In this document: one piece after another, positions 15,275 through 25,487 of the stretch
Numbering within the stretch: the stretch's first letter is position 1
Layout: each line of letters begins with the position of its first letter
Source: an uncultured Bacteroidales bacterium
Lineage (GTDB): Bacteria; Bacteroidota; Bacteroidia; Bacteroidales; VadinHA17
NCBI GenBank assembly: GCA_963734885.1
Contig: CAVTIJ010000004.1
Location: 549,957-613,956, forward strand
Length of the DNA stretch: 64,000 nucleotides
Reading direction: 5' to 3'
Position numbers and translations under genes: made by a program
The notes under the pieces: generated by a model
Told to the model about the DNA's origin: nothing
Seen by the model: only the letters and a program-made list of their open reading frames with translations
The model's database searches: none

Positions 15275-18200
15275 ATATCTCGGAACTATCATTAAAAAGA
15301 CCTGTACTGGCTACTGTAATGAGTCTTTTTATCATCCTGTTTGGGGTGATCGGGTACTCATTTCTTGGAGTCAGGGAATACCCTGCAATAGATCCGCCTG
15401 TTATTTCAGTATCGACTTCTTATGTTGGTGCGAGCGCCGATATAATAGAGAGCCAGATAACGGAACCACTTGAAAAAGTTATTAACGGAATTCCGGGAAT
15501 CAGAACAATCACTTCATCAAGTTTAGTCGGGTCCAGTAATATTTCAGTCGAATTTAACCTTAATGCAGATCTGGAGACAGCTGCAAATGATGTTCGTGAT
15601 AAAGTAGGTCAGGCTTCACGAAATCTCCCGCAAGATATTGACGCTCCGCCAGTGGTTACAAAATCGGATGCCAACAGCGATTTCATAATAATACTGGCAG
15701 TTCAGAGTCCAACCAAAGGATTGATGGAGTTAAGTGACTATGCCGAGAATGTATTGCAGAATAAGTTTCAGACAATTCCCGAAGTAAGTGCAGTAAATAT
15801 ATTTGGTCAGAAGCGTCCTTCAATGCGGATATGGTTTGATCCCGATAAAATGAATTCCTACAATGTGGCATTTAATGATATTAATAGTGTCCTGCTGAAT
15901 GAGAATGTTCAAATACCATCAGGTAAGTTATACGGAAACAGGACAGAACTAACAATAAATGCGCTTGGCCGCCTGACTACAGAAAAGGATTTCAGAGATC
16001 TTATTATTCGTGAAGATTCACTGGGCATTGTAAGACTAAGCGACGTCGCCAAAGTTGAACTCGGTCCTGAGCAATATGAACAAACCTGGAGGCTTAACGG
16101 AGTCAGTGCGGTGGGTATTGCAATCATTCCTCAACCAGGCGCCAATTATATTAACATATCTGACGAATTTAAGAAAAGACTTGATGAGATAAAAAAATCA
16201 GATCAGGGCAAGGATATAATGTTTACGACACTGATTGACAATACGATCAATATCCGCAAGTCATTAACAGAGGTTAAACAAACGCTTGCCATTGCCTTGT
16301 CACTTGTTATTTTGGTTATCTTTTTATTTTTCCGTAGCTGGTTAATTGCTCTCAGGCCGCTCATTGACATACCTATCTCACTGATATCTACTTTTTTTAT
16401 AATGTACGTATTTGGATTCTCTGTCAACATACTTACTCTTCTTGCAATTGTTCTGGCAACGGGTTTGGTGGTAGATGATGGGATTGTCGTTACAGAAAAT
16501 ATCTTCAGAAAATTTGAAAGAGGTATGCCTATCAGGCAGGCTGCTGTCGAGGGCAGTAAAGAAATATTCTTTGTTGTTCTGTCAACATCTGTTACTCTGG
16601 CAATCGTATTCCTGCCTGTTGTATTTCTAAAAGGTTTTGTCGGAAGTTTATTCCGGGAGTTCGGAATTGTTCTGGCAGGTGCAGTGTTGGTCTCATCATT
16701 TGTATCTCTTACCATTACCCCTGTATTAAATGTTGTTTTAAACAGGAAAAACGCTCAGCATAGCAGGTTTTATCATAATACCGAACCATTTTTTCAGGGT
16801 ATGGAAGCTGGTTATAAAAGTATTCTTGAACGGTTTATTAATAAGAGGTGGATCGCATGGCTTATAGTCGTGGTTTGTCTGGTTATTATTTTTGGTATCG
16901 GGCGTTCGATCCAGAGTGAGATTGCACCTCTTGAAGATAAAGGAATGATACGTATCCAGGTCACGGCTCCTGAAGGAACAAGCTATGCACGCATGAATGA
17001 ATCTACAATGCAACTGGAAAATTACCTGATTGATTCTATACCGGAGCGCGATTTCGTTTTTTTCTCGGTTCCGGGGTTTGGAGGATCAGGAATTAATAGT
17101 TCAACAGGAAGAATCGGACTGATACCCACTTCCGACCGAAACAGGAGCCAGAGCGACATTGCTCGTGACTTAACTACAAAAATGACCAGATTTAATAATG
17201 TGAGGATATTTCCTATTGAAGAACAGACTATTGCTGTAGGACTTGCAGCAAGGGGCGCTTTGCCTGTACAGTTCGTTGTGCAGAACCTCGATTTTGAAAA
17301 GTTAAGGACCTTTATTCCAAAATTCCTGGATGAAGCCCGGAATGACAGAACCTTTCTGAACGTTGATGTGAACCTGAAGTTCAATAAACCCGAAGCTGAT
17401 CTATATATTGACAGAATTAAAGCCCGCGATCTTGGTCTGACCGTAAATGATATCAATGATGTTCTGTTAAGCGCTTTCAGCGGACGACGACTCGATTATT
17501 TTATCATGAATGGAAAACAATACCAGGTGATCGGACAGGTTCAGTTGAATGAAAGACAGGAACCCGCAGATATAATGAAGCTATATGTACGCAACAATAA
17601 AGGAACGTATATCTCCCTTGCTTCTGTAGTAAAAATAGTTACTAATGCCATTCCGCCTGCGCTTTACCATTATAACAGATATAAATCAGCAACATTTTCC
17701 GCCTCACTGGCGCCTGGCAAAACTGTCGGTGACGGAGTAAAAGCAATGCAAACAATATCAAGTAAAATATTGGACGATACTTTTCAAACATCTTTGAGCG
17801 GACCATCCCGTGATTATGCTGAGAGCTCCTCAAACACTGCCTTTGCATTCATTCTTGCTTTGATACTTATTTACCTTGTTCTTGCTGCACAGTTCGAAAG
17901 TTTTAAAGATCCGTTTACCATTATGCTGACAGTTCCTCTGGCAATTGCCGGGGCATTATTAAGTTTGTGGATTTTCAGGCAAACACTCAATATTTTCTCT
18001 GAGATTGGAATGATCATGCTCATCGGACTTGTGACAAAAAATGGGATTTTAATTGTGGAATTTGCCAACAAAAAGAGACGTACAGGCATTCCTATGCGAC
18101 AAGCAGTGATAGAGGCAGCGACGCAACGTTTACGACCTATCCTTATGACTAGTCTGGCCACATCATTAGGTGCATTGCCAATAGCCTTGAGTCTGGGATC

Positions 18201-18354
18201 GGCCGCTACCAGCCGTATTCCACTGGGTATAGTCGTAGTCGGAGGCATCATGTTCTCATTAATTCTGACATTGTTTGTTATACCTTCAGTGTATACATAC
18301 ATCTCCGGAAAACATATAAGGGATATAGATGGTACTAATGAAGTCACAGTATAA
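15271..18354 (+). CDS. efflux RND transporter permease (AcrB/HAE1-type)
   Basis: 1027 aa with the 12-TM AcrB layout. Typical segments are GLVVDDGIVVTENI and LIGLVTKNGILIVEFAN. Confidence 0.95.
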   Translation: MNISELSLKRPVLATVMSLFIILFGVIGYSFLGVREYPAIDPPVISVSTSYVGASADIIESQITEPLEKVINGIPGIRTITSSSLVGSSNISVEFNLNADLETAANDVRDKVGQASRNLPQDIDAPPVVTKSDANSDFIIILAVQSPTKGLMELSDYAENVLQNKFQTIPEVSAVNIFGQKRPSMRIWFDPDKMNSYNVAFNDINSVLLNENVQIPSGKLYGNRTELTINALGRLTTEKDFRDLIIREDSLGIVRLSDVAKVELGPEQYEQTWRLNGVSAVGIAIIPQPGANYINISDEFKKRLDEIKKSDQGKDIMFTTLIDNTINIRKSLTEVKQTLAIALSLVILVIFLFFRSWLIALRPLIDIPISLISTFFIMYVFGFSVNILTLLAIVLATGLVVDDGIVVTENIFRKFERGMPIRQAAVEGSKEIFFVVLSTSVTLAIVFLPVVFLKGFVGSLFREFGIVLAGAVLVSSFVSLTITPVLNVVLNRKNAQHSRFYHNTEPFFQGMEAGYKSILERFINKRWIAWLIVVVCLVIIFGIGRSIQSEIAPLEDKGMIRIQVTAPEGTSYARMNESTMQLENYLIDSIPERDFVFFSVPGFGGSGINSSTGRIGLIPTSDRNRSQSDIARDLTTKMTRFNNVRIFPIEEQTIAVGLAARGALPVQFVVQNLDFEKLRTFIPKFLDEARNDRTFLNVDVNLKFNKPEADLYIDRIKARDLGLTVNDINDVLLSAFSGRRLDYFIMNGKQYQVIGQVQLNERQEPADIMKLYVRNNKGTYISLASVVKIVTNAIPPALYHYNRYKSATFSASLAPGKTVGDGVKAMQTISSKILDDTFQTSLSGPSRDYAESSSNTAFAFILALILIYLVLAAQFESFKDPFTIMLTVPLAIAGALLSLWIFRQTLNIFSEIGMIMLIGLVTKNGILIVEFANKKRRTGIPMRQAVIEAATQRLRPILMTSLATSLGALPIALSLGSAATSRIPLGIVVVGGIMFSLILTLFVIPSVYTYISGKHIRDIDGTNEVTV

Positions 18355-18364
18355 GATTAATTAC

Positions 18365-19660
18365 ATGAAACGAAATACAGTATATGTTCTTTTATTGTTG
18401 TCGCTAAATGCAGAGGCCCAGGTTCACATTACTCTTAAAGATGCAATAGACAGCGCTCTTATGAGTAACTTCGATATTAGGATCGCAAAAGTAAATACAA
18501 AAATAAACACTGTAAATAATACATTCGGATATGCAGGAGGATTGCCTTCTATAAATGGTTCAGCATCTGATAATAATTCATTAAATAATCTCAAACAAAA
18601 AACAAGCAGTGGTATCAACATTACGAAAAATAATGTGAATAGCAGTTCCTGGACTGCCGGAGTTACAGCAAATATGATTTTATTCAACGGATTCAGAATT
18701 ATTGCTACAAAAGGAAGACTAAACATGCTTCAAAAGCAGAGCGAATTGCTTTTTAATCAGCAGGTACAGAATTCCATGGCTGATGTTATGTCAAAATACT
18801 ATGATATTATCAGACAACAAACTTATCTTAGCATTATTCAGAGCTCTCTTGATGTTTCATCAAAAAAACTAGACATTATTCTTGACAGGGCCAAGGTTGG
18901 CATGGCAAATGAGGCTGATATTTTACAGGCTCAAATGGATCTTAACCTTGAAGTCGAAACCCTTAAGAGCCAGCAACTGATAATTGAACAGGATAAAACA
19001 GATTTGCTTCAGCTGATGGGAGTCAAAAAGTATATACCGATAGAAATTAAAGACACTATTGAAGTTGACGGCTCTATCAATCAAGATTCAATAATTGCTT
19101 ATCTTAATAATAATCAGCAGTATCTTTCTTCATATCAACAAGTTAGAATTAACGAACAGATTGTAAAGGAAGTCAGGGCACAGCGTTATCCCACGCTCAG
19201 ACTAAATACAGGTTATAATTTCAATTACAGCAGCAGTGCAGCAGGATTTAATTTGTTTACGCAGACATATGGTCCATCTGTGGGAGCTACACTTCAGGTC
19301 CCTATTTTTAATGGGAATATTTATAAAACTCAACAGGAAGTAGCCGTCTTTAATGTTGAAAATGCTAAGTTGCAAAAAGAGAGTCTATTGTCATCTCTCA
19401 CAGCACAGGCAATTAAAACATACCAGGCGTATGAAAGTTCCATACAACAGATGAACTCACAAAGCGCCAGCTGGAAAGACGCAGCAAAGCTTGTGAGTAT
19501 TGTTGTTCAACGATTCAGCCTGAATGAAGCAACAATCCTTGATCTTAAAGCAGCACAGACCAGCTTTGAAACAGCCGGATATACCTTTGTAAATCTTCAA
19601 TATGCTGCTAAAGTTGCTGAGATAGAGCTCAAAAGGCTCGATTACCAGCTTGGAAATTAA
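18365..19660 (+). CDS. TolC-family outer-membrane efflux protein
   Basis: The ATG at 18365 gives the signal peptide MKRNTVYVLLLLSLNAEAQ. It has a two-repeat TolC architecture and is third in the RND operon. Confidence 0.85.
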   Translation: MKRNTVYVLLLLSLNAEAQVHITLKDAIDSALMSNFDIRIAKVNTKINTVNNTFGYAGGLPSINGSASDNNSLNNLKQKTSSGINITKNNVNSSSWTAGVTANMILFNGFRIIATKGRLNMLQKQSELLFNQQVQNSMADVMSKYYDIIRQQTYLSIIQSSLDVSSKKLDIILDRAKVGMANEADILQAQMDLNLEVETLKSQQLIIEQDKTDLLQLMGVKKYIPIEIKDTIEVDGSINQDSIIAYLNNNQQYLSSYQQVRINEQIVKEVRAQRYPTLRLNTGYNFNYSSSAAGFNLFTQTYGPSVGATLQVPIFNGNIYKTQQEVAVFNVENAKLQKESLLSSLTAQAIKTYQAYESSIQQMNSQSASWKDAAKLVSIVVQRFSLNEATILDLKAAQTSFETAGYTFVNLQYAAKVAEIELKRLDYQLGN

Positions 19661-19669
19661 GACCTTTAG

Positions 19670-21703
19670 CTATTTTAGACCGCTGCGTTTGAGAAATGCT
19701 TCTATGGAAGGTTCTTTACCTCTGAATTTTAAATACAGATCTGCAGGTTTTTCTGTCCCTCCTTTTTCAAGTATATTTTTTCTGAATAGATCAGCAGTCT
19801 GCTTGTTGAATATCCCGGTTTCCGTGAAAAAAGCAAAAGCATCGGCGTCGAGAACCTCGGCCCATTTATAGCCGTAATAACCTGCAGCATATCCACCTCC
19901 GAATATGTGAGCGAATGAGGCGCTCATGTTTAATCCGTCGATCGGGGGAAAGAGCTCTGTTTTTGCCATTGCCCTGGATTCAAATTCTGCGATACCGCAA
20001 TCTAATGGATTTGTTAACGTATGCCAGGCCATGTCGAGAAATCCGAAACTTAATTGTCTGTAACAGGAGTATCCTTCATTATATGTCGAAGCTTCTTTTA
20101 TTTTAATTAAAATCTCATCAGGTATTTTTTCTCCGGTCAGATAATGCACTGCCCATTGATCGAGCCACTGTTTCTCAAATGCAAAATTTTCCATGAACTG
20201 CGACGGCAATTCAACAAAATCGCGGGCAACATTTGTGCCGGACAGACTTTCGTATGTACATTTGCTGAACATCCCATGCAGGGAGTGGCCAAACTCATGC
20301 AAAAAAGTTGTAAGTTCATTAAACGTCAGTAATGACGGTGTTGTCTCTGTGGCCCTGGTAAAATTAGCCACTATGGAAATCAATGGCCTAATATCTTTTC
20401 CATCCTCATTTTTCTGATCCCGATAACTTGTCATCCATGCTCCGCCGTTTTTCCCCGGACGCGGATGATAGTCGAGATAAAGGATTGACAAAAAGGAATT
20501 GTCGCTATCATATACCTCGAAAGTTTTTACTTCCGGATTATAAACCGGGACAGTACTATTTCTGACAAACCTTATATTATAGAGAGATGAAGCCAGATCG
20601 AGGATTGCTTTTTCAACTTTTTCAAGACTAAAATATGGTTTGAGGATCTCATCATCGATGTCATATTTCTGCTTCTTTAGCTTTTCAGAATAGAAAGCCC
20701 AGTCATATCTCTCAATTCTGCCTTTGTGACCCACACTTTCCGCGAACCTGGCCATGTTATCAAAATCACGCAATGCCGCAGGTTTTGATTCTTTATACAG
20801 ATTTTCAAGAAACACTTCGACTTTCCCAGGTGTGTCAGCCATGCGGTCTCCTAATGTCATCTCAGCATAGGAACTGAATCCAAGCATCTTTGCGATTTCA
20901 ATACGAAGGTTTACGATTTTAACAACATTCCCGGTATTGTCAAATTCGTTTTTTCTGAAAGCTCTGGAGGAATACGCAATTAGCATCTTTTCTCGCAGAT
21001 CCCTTTTTTCCGAGTATTGCATGAAAGGGACATAGCTCGGAAAATGAAGTGTAAAAATCCATCCCTGCTTCTCTCTCTTTTTAGCTTCCATTGAAGCCAT
21101 TTCAACAGCACTTTCCGGGAGTCCGGCAATATCTTCTTTATCAGTAATATGTAATTCAAACGAATTTGTTTCAGCAAGAACGTTCTCTTCAAACTTCAGT
21201 GATAAGGATGAAAGTTCTTCTGAAATGGCCCGAAACCGTTCCTTTTCTTCAGGTTTTAAAGCCGCGCCACCCAGAATAAAGTTTCTGTATTTCCTCTCAG
21301 TAAGTATTATTTGCTCTTTTGTGAGTCTCTTGGTTTCCCTGGAGTCGTAGACAACCTTTATTTTTTCAAAAAGTTTTTCATTCAGGGTAATATCATTTGA
21401 AAAACGTGTAAGAAGGGGAGATACATCCATTGTCACCTCCTGGAGTGGCTTACTTGTTTCAGCGCTGTTAAGGTTGAAAAGTACGGAAGTGATCTTTCCT
21501 AATGTTTCGCCTGCTCTGTCAAGGGATGCGATAGTATTTACAAAATCAGGAGCTTCCGGGTTATCTGTTATCATACTAATTTCTTCAGAAGCATCCTTTA
21601 TTGCCTGTTCAACAGCAGGTTTGAAATGAGCTGTTTCAATCAGATGGAATGGCGGCGTGCCGAAAGGTGTTTTCCATTCCTGTAAAAGAGGATTATTGTT
21701 CAT
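19670..21703 (-). CDS. dcp: M3-family metallopeptidase (peptidyl-dipeptidase Dcp / oligopeptidase A-like)
   Basis: HEFGHSLH zinc motif and a 677-aa length typical of M3A peptidases. Confidence 0.9.
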   Translation of the reverse strand: MNNNPLLQEWKTPFGTPPFHLIETAHFKPAVEQAIKDASEEISMITDNPEAPDFVNTIASLDRAGETLGKITSVLFNLNSAETSKPLQEVTMDVSPLLTRFSNDITLNEKLFEKIKVVYDSRETKRLTKEQIILTERKYRNFILGGAALKPEEKERFRAISEELSSLSLKFEENVLAETNSFELHITDKEDIAGLPESAVEMASMEAKKREKQGWIFTLHFPSYVPFMQYSEKRDLREKMLIAYSSRAFRKNEFDNTGNVVKIVNLRIEIAKMLGFSSYAEMTLGDRMADTPGKVEVFLENLYKESKPAALRDFDNMARFAESVGHKGRIERYDWAFYSEKLKKQKYDIDDEILKPYFSLEKVEKAILDLASSLYNIRFVRNSTVPVYNPEVKTFEVYDSDNSFLSILYLDYHPRPGKNGGAWMTSYRDQKNEDGKDIRPLISIVANFTRATETTPSLLTFNELTTFLHEFGHSLHGMFSKCTYESLSGTNVARDFVELPSQFMENFAFEKQWLDQWAVHYLTGEKIPDEILIKIKEASTYNEGYSCYRQLSFGFLDMAWHTLTNPLDCGIAEFESRAMAKTELFPPIDGLNMSASFAHIFGGGYAAGYYGYKWAEVLDADAFAFFTETGIFNKQTADLFRKNILEKGGTEKPADLYLKFRGKEPSIEAFLKRSGLK

Positions 21704-21749
21704 TTAATATCATATTTTTTCATTAACATCACCAAAACTGGTTTGTTAA

Positions 21750-21852
21750 AAAATCTCCTAACCACAAAGATCACAAAGAAGTTAACACCTTATAATTAAA
21801 CCTTTGTGTACTTTGTGTATGACCTTTGTGACCTTTGTGGTTAGGAGATTTT
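21750..21852. repeat. intergenic palindromic element, CACAAAGG family (copy A3)
   Basis: A perfect 20-nt inverted repeat, AAAATCTCCTAACCACAAAG (21750-21769) and CTTTGTGGTTAGGAGATTTT (21833-21852). The stem can extend to about 29 bp with one bulge. The left arm has 2 words and the right arm 4. Confidence 0.85.
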
Positions 21853-21863
21853 AAATATCAATT

Positions 21864-24515
21864 TTACTTTCTTTTCTCGTAATCATCATCTTCAGATGGT
21901 CCGGCGAATTTAGCCGGATAGGGGATATCACCTTTTGCCGCAAACCATAGTATCCTGTTCAACAGGTCATCATCGCCTGAATCAACACCATCGAATTCAG
22001 GCAGCATGCTCATCTTCGCAAAATGCAAAGCCTTTCCTGATAGAGTCGATGCAGGTGCAATAATTTCATCGAGCGGAATATTATTTGGCAAGGCTTTGTA
22101 AGGTGTTAGGTCAGGATTTGATTTAAAACAGTCTGTCATTGTGTAAGCAATTGCATCCTGTATGTTCATTGGAGGAAGACCCAGAATTTGTTCGATAGTC
22201 CTTACCATTGACGGCTGAGTATAATAAGTATGATTTACAGTCTTTAGTCTTGAATACGGACTTATTACCAGACTTACAGTACGGTATGCTGACACATGAT
22301 CCCATCCTGATTGTGAATCATCTTCAACTACGAAAATGACTGTATTTTCCCAGAACCTGCTTTTTGAAAAAGCTTCGACAATGCGTCCAAGAGCGACATC
22401 ATTGTCGGCAACCATTGCTCTCGGAGTAGGGCCTCCCGGTCTCATTCCGGCAGTGTGATCATTTGGAAGAGCAATAACCATAAGCTCTGGCAGCTTGTCA
22501 CCCGGTTGAGCTTCAAAATCATTTAGTTCCTTAATTAAAGCATCGGCACGCATTACGTCCGAAAACTCATGATTTCCGAATGAAGGATAAGTCTGACAAA
22601 GAATATTCTTTACGGGGTCAATAGTTGTGAAGTTTGTAAATTCAACTTTTTCTCCATTCTGGTATTTTCTGTATATATCAATCCATTTCAGACTTTTATC
22701 AAGAATCGGAACTGATGCCTCGCCATATATCCTCACCGATTTGCCTTTATTAAGAGCATTATCCCAAATAAAACCAGTTGGAGCATAAACCAAAGCATCT
22801 GTCTGTACATGTGCGTAGCTTCTGAACCAGGCCCGGATATTTTTCTCAATATAATCGGTAACAATCGAAGCATCAGTCCATTGATGACCTTCTGCAGAAC
22901 ATTTCCCTGAAACATAGAAATTATCGAGCAACATGAACTCTTCTGAAAGTTTATGAGTGTTCGGTGTTATTTCAAGCCCATAAGTGCAAAGACCCGGATC
23001 GCCATCACCCTGTTTCATGTCTCCTAAGACCTGATCATAAGTTCTGTTCTCTTTTATTATATATAGCACATGTTTAAAAACTGAAGGTTCACCGATTCTC
23101 TCAGGTACCGGCAATGGTTTCACTGCGTCACGTGGCTTATCTCTTGAAGCAAGGGCAGCTGAAATGTTATTAATTGCTACTACCGTATCGGTATATTGCT
23201 GAAGCGCTTTATTTCCCGGGACACGAATTACTGACAAGGATGCCAGCATATTGTGGGAGTTATATACAATATTTTTAGTGTTCTTGTTTACCAATGGTGT
23301 CCTGGCGCCTGAAGCTTCAAGATTACATACATACAGATACCCCTGATTGAGAGCGCAGACAGCAGAAGGGTAAGCGCCTGTTGGAATAAATCCTGTAACG
23401 ACGCTGCCGGGTGCTGACGATTTTGTCGTTGCATTCATCCCTAATTTTATGACTGCAAGCGCATTATCCATACCATTTGCCACATAAAGATATTTTCCAT
23501 CGGGAGAAAGACCCAAACCATTTGGAGAATCGCCAAAAAATGGATTATTTATCGCCTGCAATCTCAGATTTATAGTTTCGGCAATTGTATCCCGAAACGT
23601 ATTTATTACAGATACATTATCGCTGTTTGAGTTAGTAAGGTATATAAATTTTCCGCTTTTATCGGATACTATATCGTTGGGATGGAGACCTACTACAATT
23701 TCTTTTAAGATTTTACCGGTCGACATATCTATTACGGCAACGCTGCCTTCACGGGTCGCGCCTCCGGCTGTTGTATTGTTTACCCTTGCGAGACCCCATG
23801 GAATACCGGCAACATCTTTGTCTTGTTCATCGGGATGTCTTCCTGCCCAGTTAGTTACATATAATTTGCCTGCAGCTTTTGCAATTCCATATGGGGCCAC
23901 TCCAGGATCAGTTTTCCATACTGTATCACCAGTATTCAAATCCTGCTTGATTATCTGATTATTCCCGTTCAGAACTACATATAGATATTCTTTCGATGCT
24001 TCTTTTTCAACGAGAATTTCATTTGGCAGAGCCAAAGGGGCAGGAGGGATCGCTTTATATTCAATCATTCTTCCAATTGTTGCCTTTGTGCCATCCCATG
24101 TAGCCGACAGGACATATGATCTGTCGCCTTTTCCGATTGCGCTCCAGTATACTTCGGTACCTTTACTCCCTTTAAACCAGGTTATACCTGAGTAAGTATT
24201 CATTCCCCCCTGAAGATCGCCGTAAATATCCAGATCGAGAATGTATTTGATTTTTTTATCAAACGTGCTAATGAATACAATACTATATCTTTCCTCTACT
24301 GCAAGCCACTTGCGATCTGGCGACAGGGCAACATCAAGAGCATGGTTTTCCAATGTCCTGTTGCCGAAGAAAATCTGCATTCCGGCGGGTTGAATAATAC
24401 GGTTATAAGGCATCGCTGTCTGACGTGAGTTTGTCACCTGATTTACAGGTATCTGCGATTTGCCGGCAAAGCAAATTGTCAACAGGGAAAAGAGAAGAAT
24501 CTTAATTTTCATCAT
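21864..24515 (-). CDS. secreted beta-propeller (YncE/YVTN-like) fused to phosphoesterase-family (PLC/AcpA-type) domain
   Basis: Signal peptide MMKIKILLFSLLTICFAGKSQ. Repeated LSPDGKYLYVAN-type propeller blades are followed by IIKENRTYDQVLGD, which is typical of the phosphoesterase family. Confidence 0.8.
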   Translation of the reverse strand: MMKIKILLFSLLTICFAGKSQIPVNQVTNSRQTAMPYNRIIQPAGMQIFFGNRTLENHALDVALSPDRKWLAVEERYSIVFISTFDKKIKYILDLDIYGDLQGGMNTYSGITWFKGSKGTEVYWSAIGKGDRSYVLSATWDGTKATIGRMIEYKAIPPAPLALPNEILVEKEASKEYLYVVLNGNNQIIKQDLNTGDTVWKTDPGVAPYGIAKAAGKLYVTNWAGRHPDEQDKDVAGIPWGLARVNNTTAGGATREGSVAVIDMSTGKILKEIVVGLHPNDIVSDKSGKFIYLTNSNSDNVSVINTFRDTIAETINLRLQAINNPFFGDSPNGLGLSPDGKYLYVANGMDNALAVIKLGMNATTKSSAPGSVVTGFIPTGAYPSAVCALNQGYLYVCNLEASGARTPLVNKNTKNIVYNSHNMLASLSVIRVPGNKALQQYTDTVVAINNISAALASRDKPRDAVKPLPVPERIGEPSVFKHVLYIIKENRTYDQVLGDMKQGDGDPGLCTYGLEITPNTHKLSEEFMLLDNFYVSGKCSAEGHQWTDASIVTDYIEKNIRAWFRSYAHVQTDALVYAPTGFIWDNALNKGKSVRIYGEASVPILDKSLKWIDIYRKYQNGEKVEFTNFTTIDPVKNILCQTYPSFGNHEFSDVMRADALIKELNDFEAQPGDKLPELMVIALPNDHTAGMRPGGPTPRAMVADNDVALGRIVEAFSKSRFWENTVIFVVEDDSQSGWDHVSAYRTVSLVISPYSRLKTVNHTYYTQPSMVRTIEQILGLPPMNIQDAIAYTMTDCFKSNPDLTPYKALPNNIPLDEIIAPASTLSGKALHFAKMSMLPEFDGVDSGDDDLLNRILWFAAKGDIPYPAKFAGPSEDDDYEKRK

Positions 24516-24585
24516 TATGGACAGATTAGAGAACTGAGTGGCAAAATTAATAAACCAGACATGGATTGCAAACCAGCGCCGTCAA

Positions 24586-24620
24586 TAAAAAAAGAGACTG
24601 AATTTTAATTTTCAGTCTCT
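24586..24620 (-). terminator. rho-independent terminator after the DUF3127 gene
   Basis: A 10-bp stem, agagactgaa (24593-24602) with ttcagtctct (24611-24620), followed on the minus strand by a T-run (24586-24592). Confidence 0.7.
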
Positions 24621-24637
24621 TTATCTTTTATTTCTTT

Positions 24638-25021
24638 CTAGAATGGCAAATCGCTAAGCTCGTCATTTTCAGGAGGGATATCCTCAAGAGTTACACGTGA
24701 CGATGGATTCTGCTCACGTGCTGTCCCGGAAGAAATCTTTTCAATCTTCCATGCATCGAGATTGGTAAAATAATTGATCTTCCCGTCTCGCTCCCATTTG
24801 TTGCCTTTGAGGTTAAACCATATTTTTACCTCTTCGTTGAGAAATGATTCGTTTATCAGATCACACTTATCCTGAATCAGCTGAAACTTAACGTAGTCAA
24901 TGAATACAGCTGAACCACCTGCTTCTTTTTTCTCTATAACAAACTCACGTTTTTTGAATTTGTCACTTACCTGGTTTACAGGAGAGATATCGATTACTTT
25001 TCCTGTTATTTCGAATGCCAT
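24638..25021 (-). CDS. DUF3127-like protein with SSB-type acidic C-terminal tail
   Basis: The N-terminus MAFEITGKVIDISPVNQVSDKFKKREFVIE matches my recollection of DUF3127. The C-terminus is ...ENDELSDLPF. Confidence 0.7.
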   Translation of the reverse strand: MAFEITGKVIDISPVNQVSDKFKKREFVIEKKEAGGSAVFIDYVKFQLIQDKCDLINESFLNEEVKIWFNLKGNKWERDGKINYFTNLDAWKIEKISSGTAREQNPSSRVTLEDIPPENDELSDLPF

Positions 25022-25027
25022 TTCAGT

Positions 25028-25486
25028 TTAATCTTCGTGAATTATAATTTTTTCAATTTTGTCGCCCTGACGAATCTTATCAATAACATCCAGGCCTTCA
25101 AACACTTTTCCGAAGCAGGTATGTTGCCTGTCGAGATGTTTTGTGTTTGTGCGGCTATGGCAGATAAAAAACTGTGATCCACCGGTATTCCTTCCTGCAT
25201 GAGCCATTGAAAGAACACCCCTGTCATGGTATTGATTATTGCCAGTCAGTTCGCATTTAATATTATAACCTGGACCGCCGGTCCCAACTCTCGGATCGCT
25301 CATGTCTTTTGAAAGAGGGCAACCACCCTGGATTACAAAATCAGGAATAACTCTGTGAAACGCCAGTCCGTCATAGAATCCTTTTTTGGCAAGAGAGATA
25401 AAATTCTCAACAGTGCCGGGAGCATCTGCTTCAAAGAAGCTTACCTGCATTGTGCCTTTTGGAGTTTTAATTTCTGCCGTGGTCAT
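25028..25486 (-). CDS. cyclophilin-type peptidyl-prolyl cis-trans isomerase
   Basis: Motifs FHRVIPDFVIQGG and GSQFFI. Confidence 0.9.
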   Translation of the reverse strand: MTTAEIKTPKGTMQVSFFEADAPGTVENFISLAKKGFYDGLAFHRVIPDFVIQGGCPLSKDMSDPRVGTGGPGYNIKCELTGNNQYHDRGVLSMAHAGRNTGGSQFFICHSRTNTKHLDRQHTCFGKVFEGLDVIDKIRQGDKIEKIIIHED

Positions 25487-25487
25487 A

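Noticed and set aside
16203-18347. Long antisense ORFs inside the RND pump gene (16203..16715, 17022..17456 and 17871..18347, minus strand).
   Set aside because: They lie entirely within a 1027-aa CDS that has unmistakable AcrB-family features. Their translations are low-complexity with no recognisable motifs, which is the usual shadow-ORF pattern. The same reasoning applies to 1352..1813, 29574..29807, 31212..31544, 34381..34881, 36568..36996, 40046..40417 and 56857..57234.
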